A stretch of 64,000 nt of DNA from Octopus vulgaris (taxonomy: Eukaryota), in assembly GCA_951406725.2 (NCBI GenBank), contig OX597827.1:24738001-24802000 (forward strand), written 5' to 3'. Below are positions 1 through 12,950 of the stretch, piece after piece (the first letter of the stretch is position 1; each line of letters opens with the position of its first letter). The translations under genes were made by a program, and so were the position numbers. The notes under the pieces were generated by a model. It was not told the DNA's origin. It saw only the letters and a program-made list of their open reading frames with translations, and did not search any database.

Positions 1-290
1 ATGAGGGAGATATAATGAAGGCTGACAAGAAACGAAGCGAATGTACTCTATCAGCTGTTGAATGTTAATGTACACGAAAAACAACATACACGAGCTGGGA
101 GCCAAGTCGGGTACAAGAAGAACCAAATGCAGTTGGTAAGAGAGCGGACTGCATTGGTATAGATAATGTATATGGTGGATAACAGTTGGGTAAAATAATT
201 CACCCAAGTGGAGGGAACCTGCAGAAGAGAAAGATCAAGTTATAGGCGGGAATGATTTTTGAAAGCTGACCTCAAGAGGTCATAAGACCA
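1..290 (+). mobile_element. Degenerate 3' fragment of an RTE-clade LINE
   Basis: Broken translation ...RLHWY...VDNSWVK...QVEGTCRRERS resembles the RTE C-terminal 'LRWYGHV...VEG..GRGRP' block; stops and frameshifts present. Confidence 0.5.
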
Positions 291-476
291 ATAATGATTT
301 CTAGTCGATGACATCGTGTCTATTCAGACAGAGGGATAAACGTACGAACACACATATATATTGGCATGTGAAGTCGATGACCAAATGTTGCAATTAAGAG
401 GGACATTTATGTTGCCAATCCTAGCACACATTCTAACAGTACTTGCCAAGTTTGCATATCTCAAAAATTAGAAATA

Positions 477-620
477 TCATGGAGATGTACTTGCATAGCA
501 AGTGACTTGATCTGAGATTGTGTGCTGAAACAAAAACAATTGCAGCATGGAAGGTGGTTTATAAGCCATTTAAAAATATACAAAAACCGTTAGATTTACT
601 TCAATACTTAAATTTTATCT
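477..620 (+). repeat. Unclassified dispersed repeat, second copy at ~61830-61975
   Basis: tggagatRtacttgcatagcaagtRacttgatctgag...aaaaacaattgca...aaaaaccgttag occurs at both positions. Confidence 0.65.
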
Positions 621-1040
621 GTCGCCGTCTGAAGAATATGTAATTCTTACCTGTAATTCAGAACTTGTTTCTTCATATGAATATAAGCTTCCCAAGCATT
701 TAACATTTCAAAACCTTCTTGCTCCCTAACAATTAACATAAACTGTTGAGAACAACTTGCTTTTTATCACTTTTCAGTTTTTGCAACACTCCACAAACGA
801 AATCTATGTTTTCAGTAAACATTATCAATCACACAGTACATGTATTTTATTTATATACCAATTTGTTGCGGGGTGGCGACCGAATTATCTTTAACACTCG
901 ACGTCGTGTAGTGAACTTTCCCTGGATTCTATCCCACAGCAAATTTGGCGGGAGAACCAAAGCACATACACAATCTATGTGTGACTCGTAATGTTTACGT
1001 TACAAAAGACGCTTTTAATTCGTAATATATTTTCCGTTTT

Positions 1041-2325
1041 GGATCTTTTCACTTTGACCGGCAGATGGATCTTTTCCTTTCGAACGGCACTTTGTAACAA
1101 TTTCTAGTTAACTAAACACTTTTAAACTTCGTATAGTGGTAGAATGTGTTTATAAAACATCATTTTTTTCTTGGCTTTATTGAGAAAATTCTATAGTTTG
1201 TAAGATATTTCGTCTGAAATTTCGAGCATTTCGGCAATTTTAACCAATCGCTGGAGTCCATTTAGGTAAACAACATTCCGTGCTGTATGAATATGTCCCT
1301 TCTTTAAGAAACAGATTGGGTTTATTTACATTTGTGAAGAAGAAAGATACCCTTCCCCCACCCCTAACCCTAACTAACCCTAACTCTCACCCTAAATCTA
1401 AAATAGATTGAAATGCAATAGATCGATACTAGGGCCATAATTATGGGTGACAATTTCATACGACACCGCTACGGAAAATAGGATGTTTTTCTAGCGGTGT
1501 CAAATGAAAATGTCACCCATAATTATGGTCCTAGTATCGATCTATTGCATTTCAATCTATTTTAGATTTAGGGTTAGGGTTAGTCAAGGTTAGGGTTAAG
1601 GTTAGGGTTAGGGGTTGGGGAAGGGTATCTTTTTTTCTTCACAAATGTAAATAAACCCAATCTGTTTCTTAAAGGAGGGACATATTCATACAGCACGGAA
1701 TGTTTTCACCCCAAATGGAGGTCAGCGATTGGTTAAAATTGCCGAAATGCTCGATTTTAAAGTGGAAATATGTTACAACATATAGAATTTTCTCAATAAA
1801 GCCAAGAAAAAATGATGTTTTATAAACACATTCTACCAGTATACGAAGTTTAAAAGTGTTTAGTTAACTAGAATTTATGTTACAAAGTGCCGTTCAAAAG
1901 GAAAAGATCCCGGCAGATGTTTAAAATAATTTCTATGTAACTAAACACTTTTAAACTTCGTATACTGGTAGAATGTGTTTATAAAACATCTTTTTCTCTT
2001 GGCTTTATTGAGAAAATTCTATAGTTTGTAAGATATTTGCTGTTTTTTTTCTTCTATTTCTGCAATTTCAACCAATCATTGACGTCTATTGAGGTAAAAA
2101 AAAACATTCTGTGCTGTATGAATATGTCCCTCGTTTAAGAAACAGATTGGATTTATTTACATTTGTGAAGAAAAAAAAAGATACCCTTCCCCCCACTCCT
2201 AACCCTAACTAACCCTAACCCTAAAACAAATTGAAATGCAATAAATCGATACTAGGGTCGTAATTATGGGTGACAATTTCATATGACACCGCTAGGAAAA
2301 ACTGCCGTTCAAACCGAAAAGATCC
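1041..2325. mobile_element. GG-terminated MITE carrying telomeric repeats (outer copy, interrupted by nested copy 1067-1910)
   Basis: TIRs ggatcttttcactttgaccggcag (1041) / ctgccgttcaaaccgaaaagatcc (2325); internal ccctaacc repeats ~2199-2224; homologous to the intact copy at 4862-5287. Confidence 0.85.
1067..1910. mobile_element. Nested fold-back (palindromic dimer) copy of the same MITE
   Basis: Termini ggatcttttcc...ggaaaagatcc; 8-bp TSD cggcagat at 1059-1066 and 1911-1918; the two halves are reverse complements about ~1480. Confidence 0.9.
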
Positions 2326-2856
2326 CATTTTTATCTCTTGGCTTTCTTGAGAAAATTCTGTAGTTTGTAACATATTTGTTGTTTAATTTATTGCATTTCG
2401 GCAATTTCAACCAATCAATGACGTCTATTGAGGTGAAAACGATTTCTGCCGTAACATTTTGTGGCGGCGTCATATGAAAATGTCCCTGTTTTTTATGAAA
2501 AAAAAAGATAACCTGTGGCCATAAATTGAGGGGGGTCACTCGTAAACAGAGCTGGATAACAAAACCGTTCCTTCTTTAGTGTCCACCCATAATTATGACC
2601 CTTGTATCGATCTATTGCATTTCAATCTGTTTTAGGGTTAGTTAGGGTTAGGGATGGGGTGGGGGGAAGGTTATCTTTTTTTTCTTCAGAAATGTAAATA
2701 AACTTAATCTGTTTTTTAAACGTATATATAATATTTAACGGGGACATTTTCATATGACGCCGCCACAAAATGTTACGGCAGAAATCGTTTTCACCTCAAT
2801 AGACGTCACTGATTGGTTGAAATTGCCGAAATGCAATAAATTAAACAACAAATATG
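2326..2856. mobile_element. Partial fold-back copy of the same MITE family
   Basis: 2371-2485 is a near-perfect reverse complement of 2742-2856; ttagggtta repeats at ~2631-2653. Confidence 0.75.
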
Positions 2857-3075
2857 GGATCTTTTCACTTTGACCGGCAGATTTTTCAAATAATTTCTAT
2901 GTAACTAAAAAATTTTAAACTTTGTATGCTGCTAGAATGTGTTTATAAAACATCTTTTTCTCTTGGCTTACTTGAGAAAATTATGTAGTTTGTAACATAT
3001 TTGGGATCTTTTCATTTTGAAGGCCAGATTTTTCAGATTTTTCTAGTTAACTAAATAATTTGAAACTTCGTATAT
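2857..3075. mobile_element. Two further truncated ends of the MITE (starts at 2857 and 3004)
   Basis: ggatcttttc-TIR at 2857 and 3004, each followed by the family's subterminal sequence. Confidence 0.75.
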
Positions 3076-3109
3076 ATACATTCACTACACACACAACAAC
3101 ATGCACATA

Positions 3110-3174
<65 letters not shown>

Positions 3175-3562
3175 ATGTATATGTATGTGTGAGCGGGTAT
3201 ATGTATATTGTTTATGAATGAGTGTTGTATGTGTGTGTGAGGAAGTATGAATAAGTAATGTGTTGAGTGTATGAGCATGTGTGTGTATATATAGTTTATT
3301 TTTTGTTTTTTGTTTTTTGGTTTTTGTTTTTTGCTTGTTGTTTTTTGGTTTTTGTACATTTTTAAATATGAGAACTTTTATAATAGGTTTTTATATTCAA
3401 TTGTTTATAGGGTTTATTTTAGATTATTTTAGATTATATATTGATTATATATAGATTATATATAGATTATATATTTTTATTTTCATTGATAATTTTATTA
3501 TTTTATTATTTTAAATTATATTAAATTATATTTTAAAATATTGATATTTTTAGATCGAAAAT

Positions 3563-3606
3563 CCACCTGAAGATTGTCGGTAGCAGACATGAAACAATTG
3601 TTGTGG
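3563..3606 (+). ncRNA. Minimal type I hammerhead ribozyme motif
   Basis: ccac-CTGAAGA-t-tgtc(ggtagca)gaca-t-GAAA-c(aatt)g-T-T-gtgg: stem I ccac/gtgg, palindromic stem III loop, GUU site; U-U mismatch at the base of stem II. Confidence 0.7.
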
Positions 3607-3687
3607 CGGTTTATTTAATTTATATTAAAATTTTATGTATTGATTAAGTCTTTTCTTGTTTGGTTTTAAAATAGTGGTTTTGTCTCG

Positions 3688-3779
<92 letters not shown>

Positions 3780-4243
3780 GCATATATATATATGTACATA
3801 CAAACATATATATGCATGTATGTATGTGTGTGTATATCGCATATACATATGTATAAATGTGTGGATGTATATATTTTTTGCGCATGTGTATATATGGATA
3901 TGGGTGTATAGGTACGAATCTGCATATGCATGCTTATATATATATATCTGGGAAGATCCTATTTGTCTTTCTACTACTTGACAGCCAGTGTTGGTATGTT
4001 TCTGTCCTCGTAATCTAGTGGTTCATCAAAAAGAGACCGATGAAATAAGAACCAGATTTAAAAATACAAGCACTGGGACCAATTTGGTCGACTAAACTCC
4101 TTTGGACGGAACCTCAGCCAGAAGAACCAAATGCAGGGGGGGGGGGGCAAGGGAGGGGAGTGCAAGAAAAGAAGGGAGATATATGTATATGGACGATGTA
4201 TATGAGGAATAACAACTGAAGTGGCTAAATAAAAAAAGATAGT

Positions 4244-4652
4244 GCAGGAGCGGCCGTGTGATAAGTAGCTTGCTTCCCAACCACATAGTTCCGGGTTCAG
4301 TCCCGCTGCGTGGCACCTTGGGCAAGTGTCTTCTACTATAGCCTCGAGCCAATCAAAGCCTTGTGAGTGGATTTGGTAGATGGAAACTGAAAGAAGCCCG
4401 TCGTATATATGTACATATATTTATGTGTGTGTATGTTTGTGAGTTTGTTTGTCCCCCAACATCGCTTGACAGCCGATGTCGATGTGTTTACGTTTACGAT
4501 GTTGGTGTGATTACAAACTTAGCGGTTCGGCAAAAGAGACCGATAGAATAAGTACTAAGCTTACAAATAAGTCCTGGGGTCGATTTGCTTGACTAAAGGC
4601 GGTGCTGCAGCATGGCCGCAGTCAAATGACTGAAACAAGTAAAAAGAGTAAT
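4244..4652 (+). mobile_element. SINE family A (tRNA-like head, internal TA/TG microsatellite)
   Basis: Head ...gtagcttgcttcccaaccacat.gttccgggttcagtccc, tail gcatggccgcagtcaaatgactgaaacaagtaaaa; further copies ~15545-15836, 22338-22790, 23685-24210, 61309-61708 (+) and 17500-17972, 23045-23180, 28400-28762, 34615-35026, 43488-43620, 57270-57600 (-). Confidence 0.85.
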
Positions 4653-4861
4653 GAGTAACGTATATACGCACGCATGTGTGTGTGTGTGTGTATGTGCAGG
4701 CTGAGTACCTGTGTTGTTAGGTTGTACATTCCATGAGTGTGACAGAAAACATACAACTGGAGTTGTAAGTGCTATGGTGTAAGGTGAGTTGCACCTGCTA
4801 ATGATGTATCTTTTTTTTTTCTTTATAACTCTTAAGATATTTGCATATTTGTTAAATATAT

Positions 4862-5287
4862 GGATCTTTTCGGTTTGAACGGCAGTTTTTTCTAGCGGTG
4901 TCATATGAAATTGTCACCCATAATAATGACCATAGTATCGATCTGTTTTAGGGTTAGGGTTAGTTAGGCTTAGGGTTAGGAGTGGGAGGAAGGGTATCTT
5001 TTTTTTCTTCACAAATGTAAATAAACCCAATCTGTTTCTTAAACGAGGGACATATTCATACGGCACAGAATGTTTTTTTTACCTCAATAGACGTCAGTGA
5101 TTGGTTGAAATTGCAGAAATTGAAGAAAAAAAAAAACAAGAAATATCTTACAAACTATAGAATTTTCTCAATAAAGCCAAGAGAAAAAGATGTTTTATAA
5201 AAAACAATTCTACCAGTATACGAAGTTTAAAATTTTTTAGTTACCTAGAAATTATGTTAAAAACTGCCAGTCAAACCGTAAAGATCC
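4862..5287. mobile_element. Intact 426-bp MITE with internal TTAGGG repeats; possibly Merlin superfamily
   Basis: TIR ggatcttttcggtttgaacggcag / ctgccagtcaaaccgtaaagatcc; 8-bp TSD aaatatat at 4854-4861 and 5288-5295; ttagggttagggttagttaggcttagggttagg at ~4948-4980. Confidence 0.9.
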
Positions 5288-5489
5288 AAATATATATTTG
5301 TTGCAACCTTCTGTAGTGTGTAAGTAAGATGAAAAAAATAGAATGAAAGTAAATGTGAATGTGAGGGGAAACTGAGGAAACCATCTTTTCACGCCATTTC
5401 ATGCTTTTTCATGTAAGCAGACGTATTGCCCACCGTCATCTTAGGCGACCTCGGCAAAGATATTATAACGAAAGCAATTTATAACAAAA

Positions 5490-5841
5490 CTAGCACTATG
5501 ACCTGGCAACGCCGGGTCATAGTTCTAGTGCATGCATATACAGCTGTGTGCGTGTGCACATACACGCGAGTACTGTCCAAATCTCCGATCAATCACATAC
5601 TGCTTGCTGGCATTCAATTGGCGTATCAAGTTGATTGGGTTTTGGATAGAAAATTCACAAAAAATCGCTTCTATTGATTTTTTAATGGCTTTGCGGGGTG
5701 ACTGGAGAAATGTAAAGATATGCACGACCACCCTTGGACGGTTTGGAATGACCATAGAAAGTGCAAGCCCTCAAACTGAAAAATTGTGGATTTGTATAAA
5801 GGACACACACACAGACATTTTGCCGTTTATATATATAGAGA
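5490..5841 (-). mobile_element. Non-autonomous Helitron
   Basis: Minus strand starts A|TCTCTATATATATAAA and ends CTAG|T; 3' hairpin ctatgacctggc-aac-gccgggtcatag at ~5496-5522; no TSD. Confidence 0.75.
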
Positions 5842-6402
5842 TAAACGACGTTCCCGATCACTGTTCCCGATCGCTGTGTGGTGAGGAATCTCCAGGATTT
5901 TTCTTCAAACTTGCATGTTTGTACTATTTTTTTACAAGGTTGGCCTCATCAGGGCTTATCCTTCTGGAAGATTCTGAAATGTTCTATCTGATTCTTTTTA
6001 TGCAAAAATTCGACAAATACCAGTAAGTCTTTGATATCTGAAGTCAACTTATCAGTGTCAATGTGAAATATTGGCTGGAAAAATGTAAAGAGGCACGTCT
6101 ACTTGTTTGAATATGTGATTAGCACCTGCGGTTATTTTATTATCAAATGTGGTATGGTTGACCATAAAATACTGCGCTATCCATACAGAGCGGGGTATGT
6201 TCTATTTCTATGAGATGATTTATTACCGTTATGCACACATATAAAATGCCTACATACATACATACATACATACATACATACATACATACATACATACATG
6301 CATACATACATGCATACATACATACATACATACATACATACATACATGCATGCATGCATGCATGCATGCATACATGCATACATACATACATACATACATA
6401 CA

Positions 6403-6434
<32 letters not shown>

Positions 6435-6436
<2 letters not shown>

Positions 6437-6668
6437 CAAGTTCAGGTTTATACCTGTAATTATTGAGGTCCTAGGACATCTAACATACTGCCTAAATACC
6501 AGTCTTGAGAAATTAGGTTTCTCAAAACCAGAAAGGAGAAAGCTAATTCGAAGGTTGCAGATCCAATCCATCACCGGAACTGTAAAAATCTGTAAAACTT
6601 TCCAAAAGTTTAGCACTTAAATATATATGAGCATGTCTAGATATGCAACTATATGCATGAGAATACAC
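6435..6668 (+). mobile_element. 3' end of an R4/Dong-like RLE LINE embedded in (TACA)n
   Basis: YKFRFIPVIIEVLG...LEKLGFSK...[14 protein letters not shown], an RLE-type C-terminus; same sequence at 11640-11870 (-) where it is joined to RT. Confidence 0.75.
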
Positions 6669-6977
6669 CCATCCATCCATCCATCCATCCATCCATCCAT
6701 CCATCCATCCATCCATCAATCAATCCATGCATGCATACATACATACATACAGACAGACAGACATACATACATACATACATACATGCATGCATGCATACAT
6801 ACATACATACATACATACATACGTACATACATACATAAATGCATACATGTATAATATATATATATATACACACATATCATACATACATACATGCATACAT
6901 ACATACATACATACATACATACATACATACATACATACATACATACATACATACATACATACATACATGCATGATAT

Positions 6978-7400
6978 AACGATGGCTGTCCACTCGTGAC
7001 CGAGGAAGACCATCAGTGACCATTGCCCATGCAAAATACCAGCAATTCCTGTGCATGAGGTTGTACATGCGTTAGTTGCACTCGGGTTCGCACCTGCAAA
7101 GCTTCCATGCTCGTCGCGGCGCCCTTCTATTCGATCAGGTATCAGAAAGTCGCCTCACCAGCGACAGTACAACCTAAAATTTTAAGCCCAATAAGGCATG
7201 CACAGCACCTAACAGACCCTCCTCACTCTTATGACATGACCCAGAGGCAAACCAAGGCAAGATATCCAGTGACAGTATGGGTCGCAAGCTCAGGAATTGG
7301 AAGCACCATGATCTCATTCTCAGGCAAAAAGACCCCCAAAATGTTCAGTGCCATTCCTTGCATATCTGGTTTTATAGCAGAATGACCTTCTTCTAGAGAC
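6978..7400 (-). mobile_element. Non-coding retroelement with RTE-like 3' tail; second copy at ~11028-11430
   Basis: The two copies align over ~400 bp; terminal ctcggtcacgagtggacagcc resembles the tail ctcgataacgagggggcagcc of the RTE at ~49200; both abut (TACA)n. Confidence 0.55.
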
Positions 7401-7649
7401 ATACAAACACTCACATATTTAACATATTTATTAGCATTTGCAAACAGAAGAAAAGAGAACGCAATACGTTGTCTAGAGTATGTATATATAAATTATCTTG
7501 AAGCTTGAAAAACTTCAAGAATTTCTCTGGGACGTAGACTCTCGAGTGTAATACTTTCCAAGCTTTCTGGTTTCTGAAGTTCCAGTGTTGAGAATTTAAT
7601 AGGCTGTTCTAAAAGCACTACTTATGTCACGTGATGTGTGTGTGTAAAT

Positions 7650-7990
7650 GTAAGATCCAAGGATCGGGGTATAGGAAGAAGGTTAGCTTCAAGCAAACCG
7701 TTGAAAGTATGAAAAACAACTTTCAGGGACAATGGTGGTTTATTGAGCCGGATTTGTGGAGTTTGTTTTCCGTGTCGAAGTATGGTAAGCTGAAGAAATT
7801 CTGATCGAATCGCCCGTGTGTTGACATGCACCTCCTAACGACAGTGTAAACTTCATTTAATCAAGTTACCCTGGGTCTGAAGAGTAGTAGCCTGCGCTTG
7901 GATACACCTCGCTTGGATATTTACCATCTCCGAGATTCTGCTCGCTATGAAACATATGTAGCCCGGATGTTATCTACTCCATTCCTTAAC
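7650..7990 (+). mobile_element. 3' fragment of a Penelope-like element
   Basis: Frameshifted ...ESMKNNF/RDNGGLL resembles the 'NRDxG' end of PLE GIY-YIG domains; followed by a hammerhead motif. Confidence 0.5.
7871..7966 (+). ncRNA. Type I hammerhead ribozyme motif with large loop II
   Basis: ctgggt-CTGAAGA-gtag...ctat-GAAA-c(atat)g-T-A-gcccgg; 6-bp stem I including G.U pairs, palindromic ATAT loop, GUA site. Confidence 0.75.
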
Positions 7991-8000
7991 TCTCGCATAT

Positions 8001-8385
<385 letters not shown>

Positions 8386-8944
8386 CACACACATATATGC
8401 ATATATAATTACAGGACGTCACTAACTGGGCAAACATGAAATACGTAAACAAACGAGTTAAGTACCCAAACAACGAGAGAAAAACATGGAAAGCAGGACA
8501 AGTAAACACAGAGAAGCGACCCTTCATCAGTTGTCAGCTGTTTATCTACTTCTCATTTCGAGCATTCAACGACAATATGAGTCTTCAAAGACAGTTGCTC
8601 CCATAAATTCTAGAATAAAATTTAGGATTTATGGAGGGTCAAAGTAGGGAACAAAAACAGGACAGTGAAGACATACAAGGAAACCGAACGAAAATAAACA
8701 TGGAGTGTCGTTAGACCAGAACGAGAGGAAAATAGTGAACGCTGGGAGAAATAATTTCTTTGAAAAGAGAAAAGATTTGTATGTATGTATGTATGTATGT
8801 ATGTATGTATGTATGTATGTATGTATGTATGTATGTATGTATGATTGTATGTATGTATATGCGTATGTGAGTGTGTGTGTGTGAGTGTGTGTGTGTAATA
8901 TTTATATACCTATGTATACACAAACACAAAAAACTATATATACA

Positions 8945-9265
8945 CTAGCACTCCGTCGGTATCGACGACGAGTGTTCCAGCCGATCCAATCAATGGAACA
9001 GCCTGCTCCCGAAATTAAGGTGCAAGTGGCTGAGTACTCCACAGACTCACACACCTTTAATCTAGTTCTTAGGGACATTCAGCGTGACACAATATGACAA
9101 GGCCGGCCCTTTGAAATACAAGTACAACACATTTTTGCCAGCTGAGTGGACTGGGAGCAACATGAAACAAAGTTGTTCAAGGACACAACGCGTCACATTG
9201 GATCGAACTCACAAGTCTTACGACTCTGAGCCACATACGCTAACCACTAAGCCACGCGCCTTCAC
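8945..9265 (-). mobile_element. tRNA-derived SINE family C; related heads or copies at ~18742-19060 (-), 27988-28330 (+), 38995-39170 (+)
   Basis: Minus head gcgcgtggcttagtggttagc (A box) ... gagttcgatcc (B box), then gacgcgttgtgtccttga. Confidence 0.8.
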
Positions 9266-9991
9266 CTAACACAGAAATGTGAAAGCATTTATACTTATTA
9301 GAATATATATGCATGCAGTTATTGACGCACACATACATACATGTATTTATATGTGTGTGTGTGTGTGAGTGCGCGAGGGCGCGTATGTCTGTATTCACAT
9401 GCACACACATATACATATATTTTGACCGACTGAAACTTCGAATGACTGAAACAATTAAAAGATAAAAGATACACACACACGCACACACACATATACATAC
9501 ATACATACATACATACATACATACATACATACATACATACACACACACATATGTATATATACATACATACATGCATACATACATACATGCATGCATGCAT
9601 ACATACATACATACACACACACACATATACACATACATACATACATGCATACATACATACATGCATGCATACATACATACATACATACATACATACATAC
9701 ATACATACACACACACACATATATATACATACATGCACACAAACACATATACATACATACATGCATACATACATACATACATACACACATACATACACAC
9801 ACGCACACATATATATACATACATGCATACATACATATATACATACATACATACATACATACATACATGCATGCATGCATACATACATACATGCTCATAC
9901 ATACATACATACATACATACATACATACGTACGTACGTACACACATACATACATACATACATACATACATACATACATACATGCATATAAG

Positions 9992-10100
9992 CAAAAATAC
10001 CTTGTTGCTCATGTTGAAATTCCAATGAAGGAGCCTTGATTCTAGGTTAGAAACCGATTCTTTCTCTTTTGGCAAGAAATCTTGAAATAAAACTGAACAA
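9992..10100 (+). mobile_element. Probable R4/Dong 3' UTR module between TACA tracts; inverted copy at ~56408-56515
   Basis: aaaatacc...gaaattccaatgaaggagccttga.tcta.gttagaaacc shared by both copies; similar gttagaaacc motif in the R4 tail at ~16890. Confidence 0.55.
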
Positions 10101-10222
10101 GCATACAGACATGTATTTATGTGTTGTGTCCGCGCGCGCGTATGTGTGTCGGTACATGCACGCACACACACACAAACAAACACACACACGCACACACACA
10201 CACAAACAAACACACACACACA

Positions 10223-10256
<34 letters not shown>

Positions 10257-11550
10257 GATATTTTGGCTGCAATCCAATGACTGAAATAATCAAACGATAA
10301 AATATAAATACATACATACATACACACAGACACAGAAACACATACACATCTTTACTATGGCTCTTCATATAAAAAAAACAAACTCTTAATTAATTGATTA
10401 AAAGCAGATATAAGACTGTTTTTGTTTCAAACAAATTTGGAATCCAAACAGAACAATATTTGTTGGAAGACAGAATCTAAAATCCTTCTTAAGAACAACC
10501 TCCCAATAAGAATGGTCGCTCTTTCTGGGTCGCGTGCTCTCGTCACGCTCTATTTCATGTTACCAATCTTCTGAGAACTTGTAGTTTTTCTGCTACGTCA
10601 ACAGTTCAGCTTCACTTAGAAGCCGCTTATAGTTAAATGTATATAAATATATATTAATGTAGTTGGAATCGAGCGTGGAAATATAATGAATACAAATGAA
10701 GTTATTATTAGTTGCTTATAAGGCAGCGAGCTCGCAGAAACGTTAATACGGCCGATAAATTGGTAAGTAGCATTTCGTCCGTCTTGATGTTCTGAGTTCA
10801 AATTCCAGCGAGCGCGCACTACACGTCTGAATTCTTGACGTAACACACACACGTGGTCCACTCAAGTTGTTATATAATATACAAATTCATTTATCATTAG
10901 TTGTTTATAAGGCGGCGTGCCGACTCATTAACATGCCGGACAAAATTGCTCACCCCTTCCCCGAAATTGTTGGCCGTGTGCCAAAATTTGAAATCTAGAT
11001 ACATACATACATACATACATACATCATTTAACGGTGGCTGTCCATTCATAACCGTCGGGAGACCGTCACTGACCATTGGCCATTCAAAATGTCAGCAATG
11101 CCTGTGAATAAGTCTATTACAACCCCAGCTTCCATGCTTGCCGCGGTACCCGCTTATTCGATTGGGTATCGGAAGTTTCCTCGCCGGGGATTGCACAACC
11201 TAAAATTTTAGGTTGTGCAATAAGACTTGCACAGAACTCCACAGACAGTCTCTGCACACTTATGACATAATCCACAAACAAACCAGGGCAAGATACCCGG
11301 CGCCAATACGGATCGTAAACCCAGCAACGTGAGAGCGCTATGATCTCAAGCGCGAGCCAAAGATCTTCAAAATATCCAATTCCATTCCCTGGGCTTCTGG
11401 TTTTATATCAGATTGACCTTCTCCTAGCGATATGCTTAACAAAAGCTGAAGTATGCCTCACCCCCAGTGATCTTCCAGCACGCCTAACACCAACACAGAA
11501 TTTCTGAGAGCCCGTACTATTTGTAGATACATACATACATGCATACATGC

Positions 11551-11581
<31 letters not shown>

Positions 11582-11639
11582 TGTATGTATGTATGTATGT
11601 ATGTATGTATGTATGTATGTATGTGCAGATTTGTATGTT

Positions 11640-12950
11640 TTATGTATGTACTCTCATGCATATAGTTGCATATCTAGACACGCTCATATATATTTGAATT
11701 ATAAACTTCTGGAAAGTTTTATAGATTTTTACAGTTCAAGTGATGGACTGGATCTGTAGTCTTCGAATTAGTTTTCTCCTTTCTAGTTTTGAGAAGCCTA
11801 ATTTCTCAAGATTGGTATTTAGGCAGTGTGGTATATATCCCAGGGCCTCAATAATTACAGGTATGCGACTTCTCTGGGCATGTATTATAGGTTATTAAAC
11901 AAAGAGTGTTGCTAAAGGAGCTGCCTTCCAAGTCTTATGATGTTATCGGCCTCATGTATGCAAACTTGCTCAAGGGATGCACTTCGACTCTTGGTGGTCA
12001 AAAAATGTTGTCGAAGGGACATGATGCGACATTCAAAGGCATTTTGTTAAGCCTCTGCCGCCTTGTCTTCGTTTTAGGTAGAGGCGGTCTACGCCATTGT
12101 TTACGTGGAAATTATGTGCTTGTTGGTATTTTCGGGTTTTCACATCAATGGCTTGGATTTCATCAAGCGTTCAATCAAGCAGCCCAAATGTTGGTATGAG
12201 TACTGGCACTGAAAACACATTGTGGGCCACTGTTTTATTGAAGCAGAGAGTTCTTAGGTCCAACTTTGCTTTATTCAGCTGTAATGTTTTCATCCACCCC
12301 TAGATACCTGTAACATTCCTCATCAGATACAGGAGAAACAGTCAAATCATTGATGAAGATGTTACTACTCTGGTTTACAGTTTTCCCTACTTTCACCACC
12401 ATATCACAACATTTATCCTGACCAAACTCCAACCCTACATTCTTTGAGAATGTTGTAACTAGGACAAGTCACTTTTTCATCTCGTACATATTCTTTGCAT
12501 AAAGTTTTAAGTCATCCACAAAGAAATAGTATGTAATTTTGGTATTTCTATTTCCTTCTGAACCAGTGAGATATCCTTCAGACTTCCTTAACATGAATGA
12601 CAAGGGGTTTACAGAAAGTATAAGCAACATCACAGGGAGGCTGTCTCCTTGGAATATGCCTCTGCGATACTGTATTCTATCAGTGATAATACAATCACTC
12701 CTATTTAACTTCAAGATGGTGGCCCACGATGAAGTCAGGTCAGCTATGGCTTTGACTATTTTTACTGGAACTTTAGCAAGTTGAAGGGATTCTAACATCC
12801 ATGAGTGGGGAACAGAGTAAAAAGCCTTTCTTGTAGTCTAGTCACATTCAAACTCGATTCCTCCTCTGCTCTCGCACCTCCCACATCACAGTTTTGCTGA
12901 TTAATAATTGCTCGGCATCTCCCCAGACTCCGTTCTTCTTAGCTGCTTGT
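11640..12950 (-). mobile_element. Decayed R4/Dong-clade LINE (RT + RLE end, internally deleted)
   Basis: ORF 12469-12798 contains RRGIFQGDSL...LSVNPLSFML...FFVDDLKLYAK; 3' end matches 6435-6668; terminates in (TACA)n. Confidence 0.85.

Noticed and set aside
623-695. CTGAAGA-atatg...catat-GAAT as a hammerhead
   Set aside because: GAAA is altered and stems I and III do not pair
1569-1620. TTAGGG tracts as a true telomere or fusion site
   Set aside because: Short, degenerate and internal to the MITE; the opposing orientations come from the fold-back
5930-5960. Minus-strand gccCTGATGAggcc
   Set aside because: No matching ggccGAAA partner nearby
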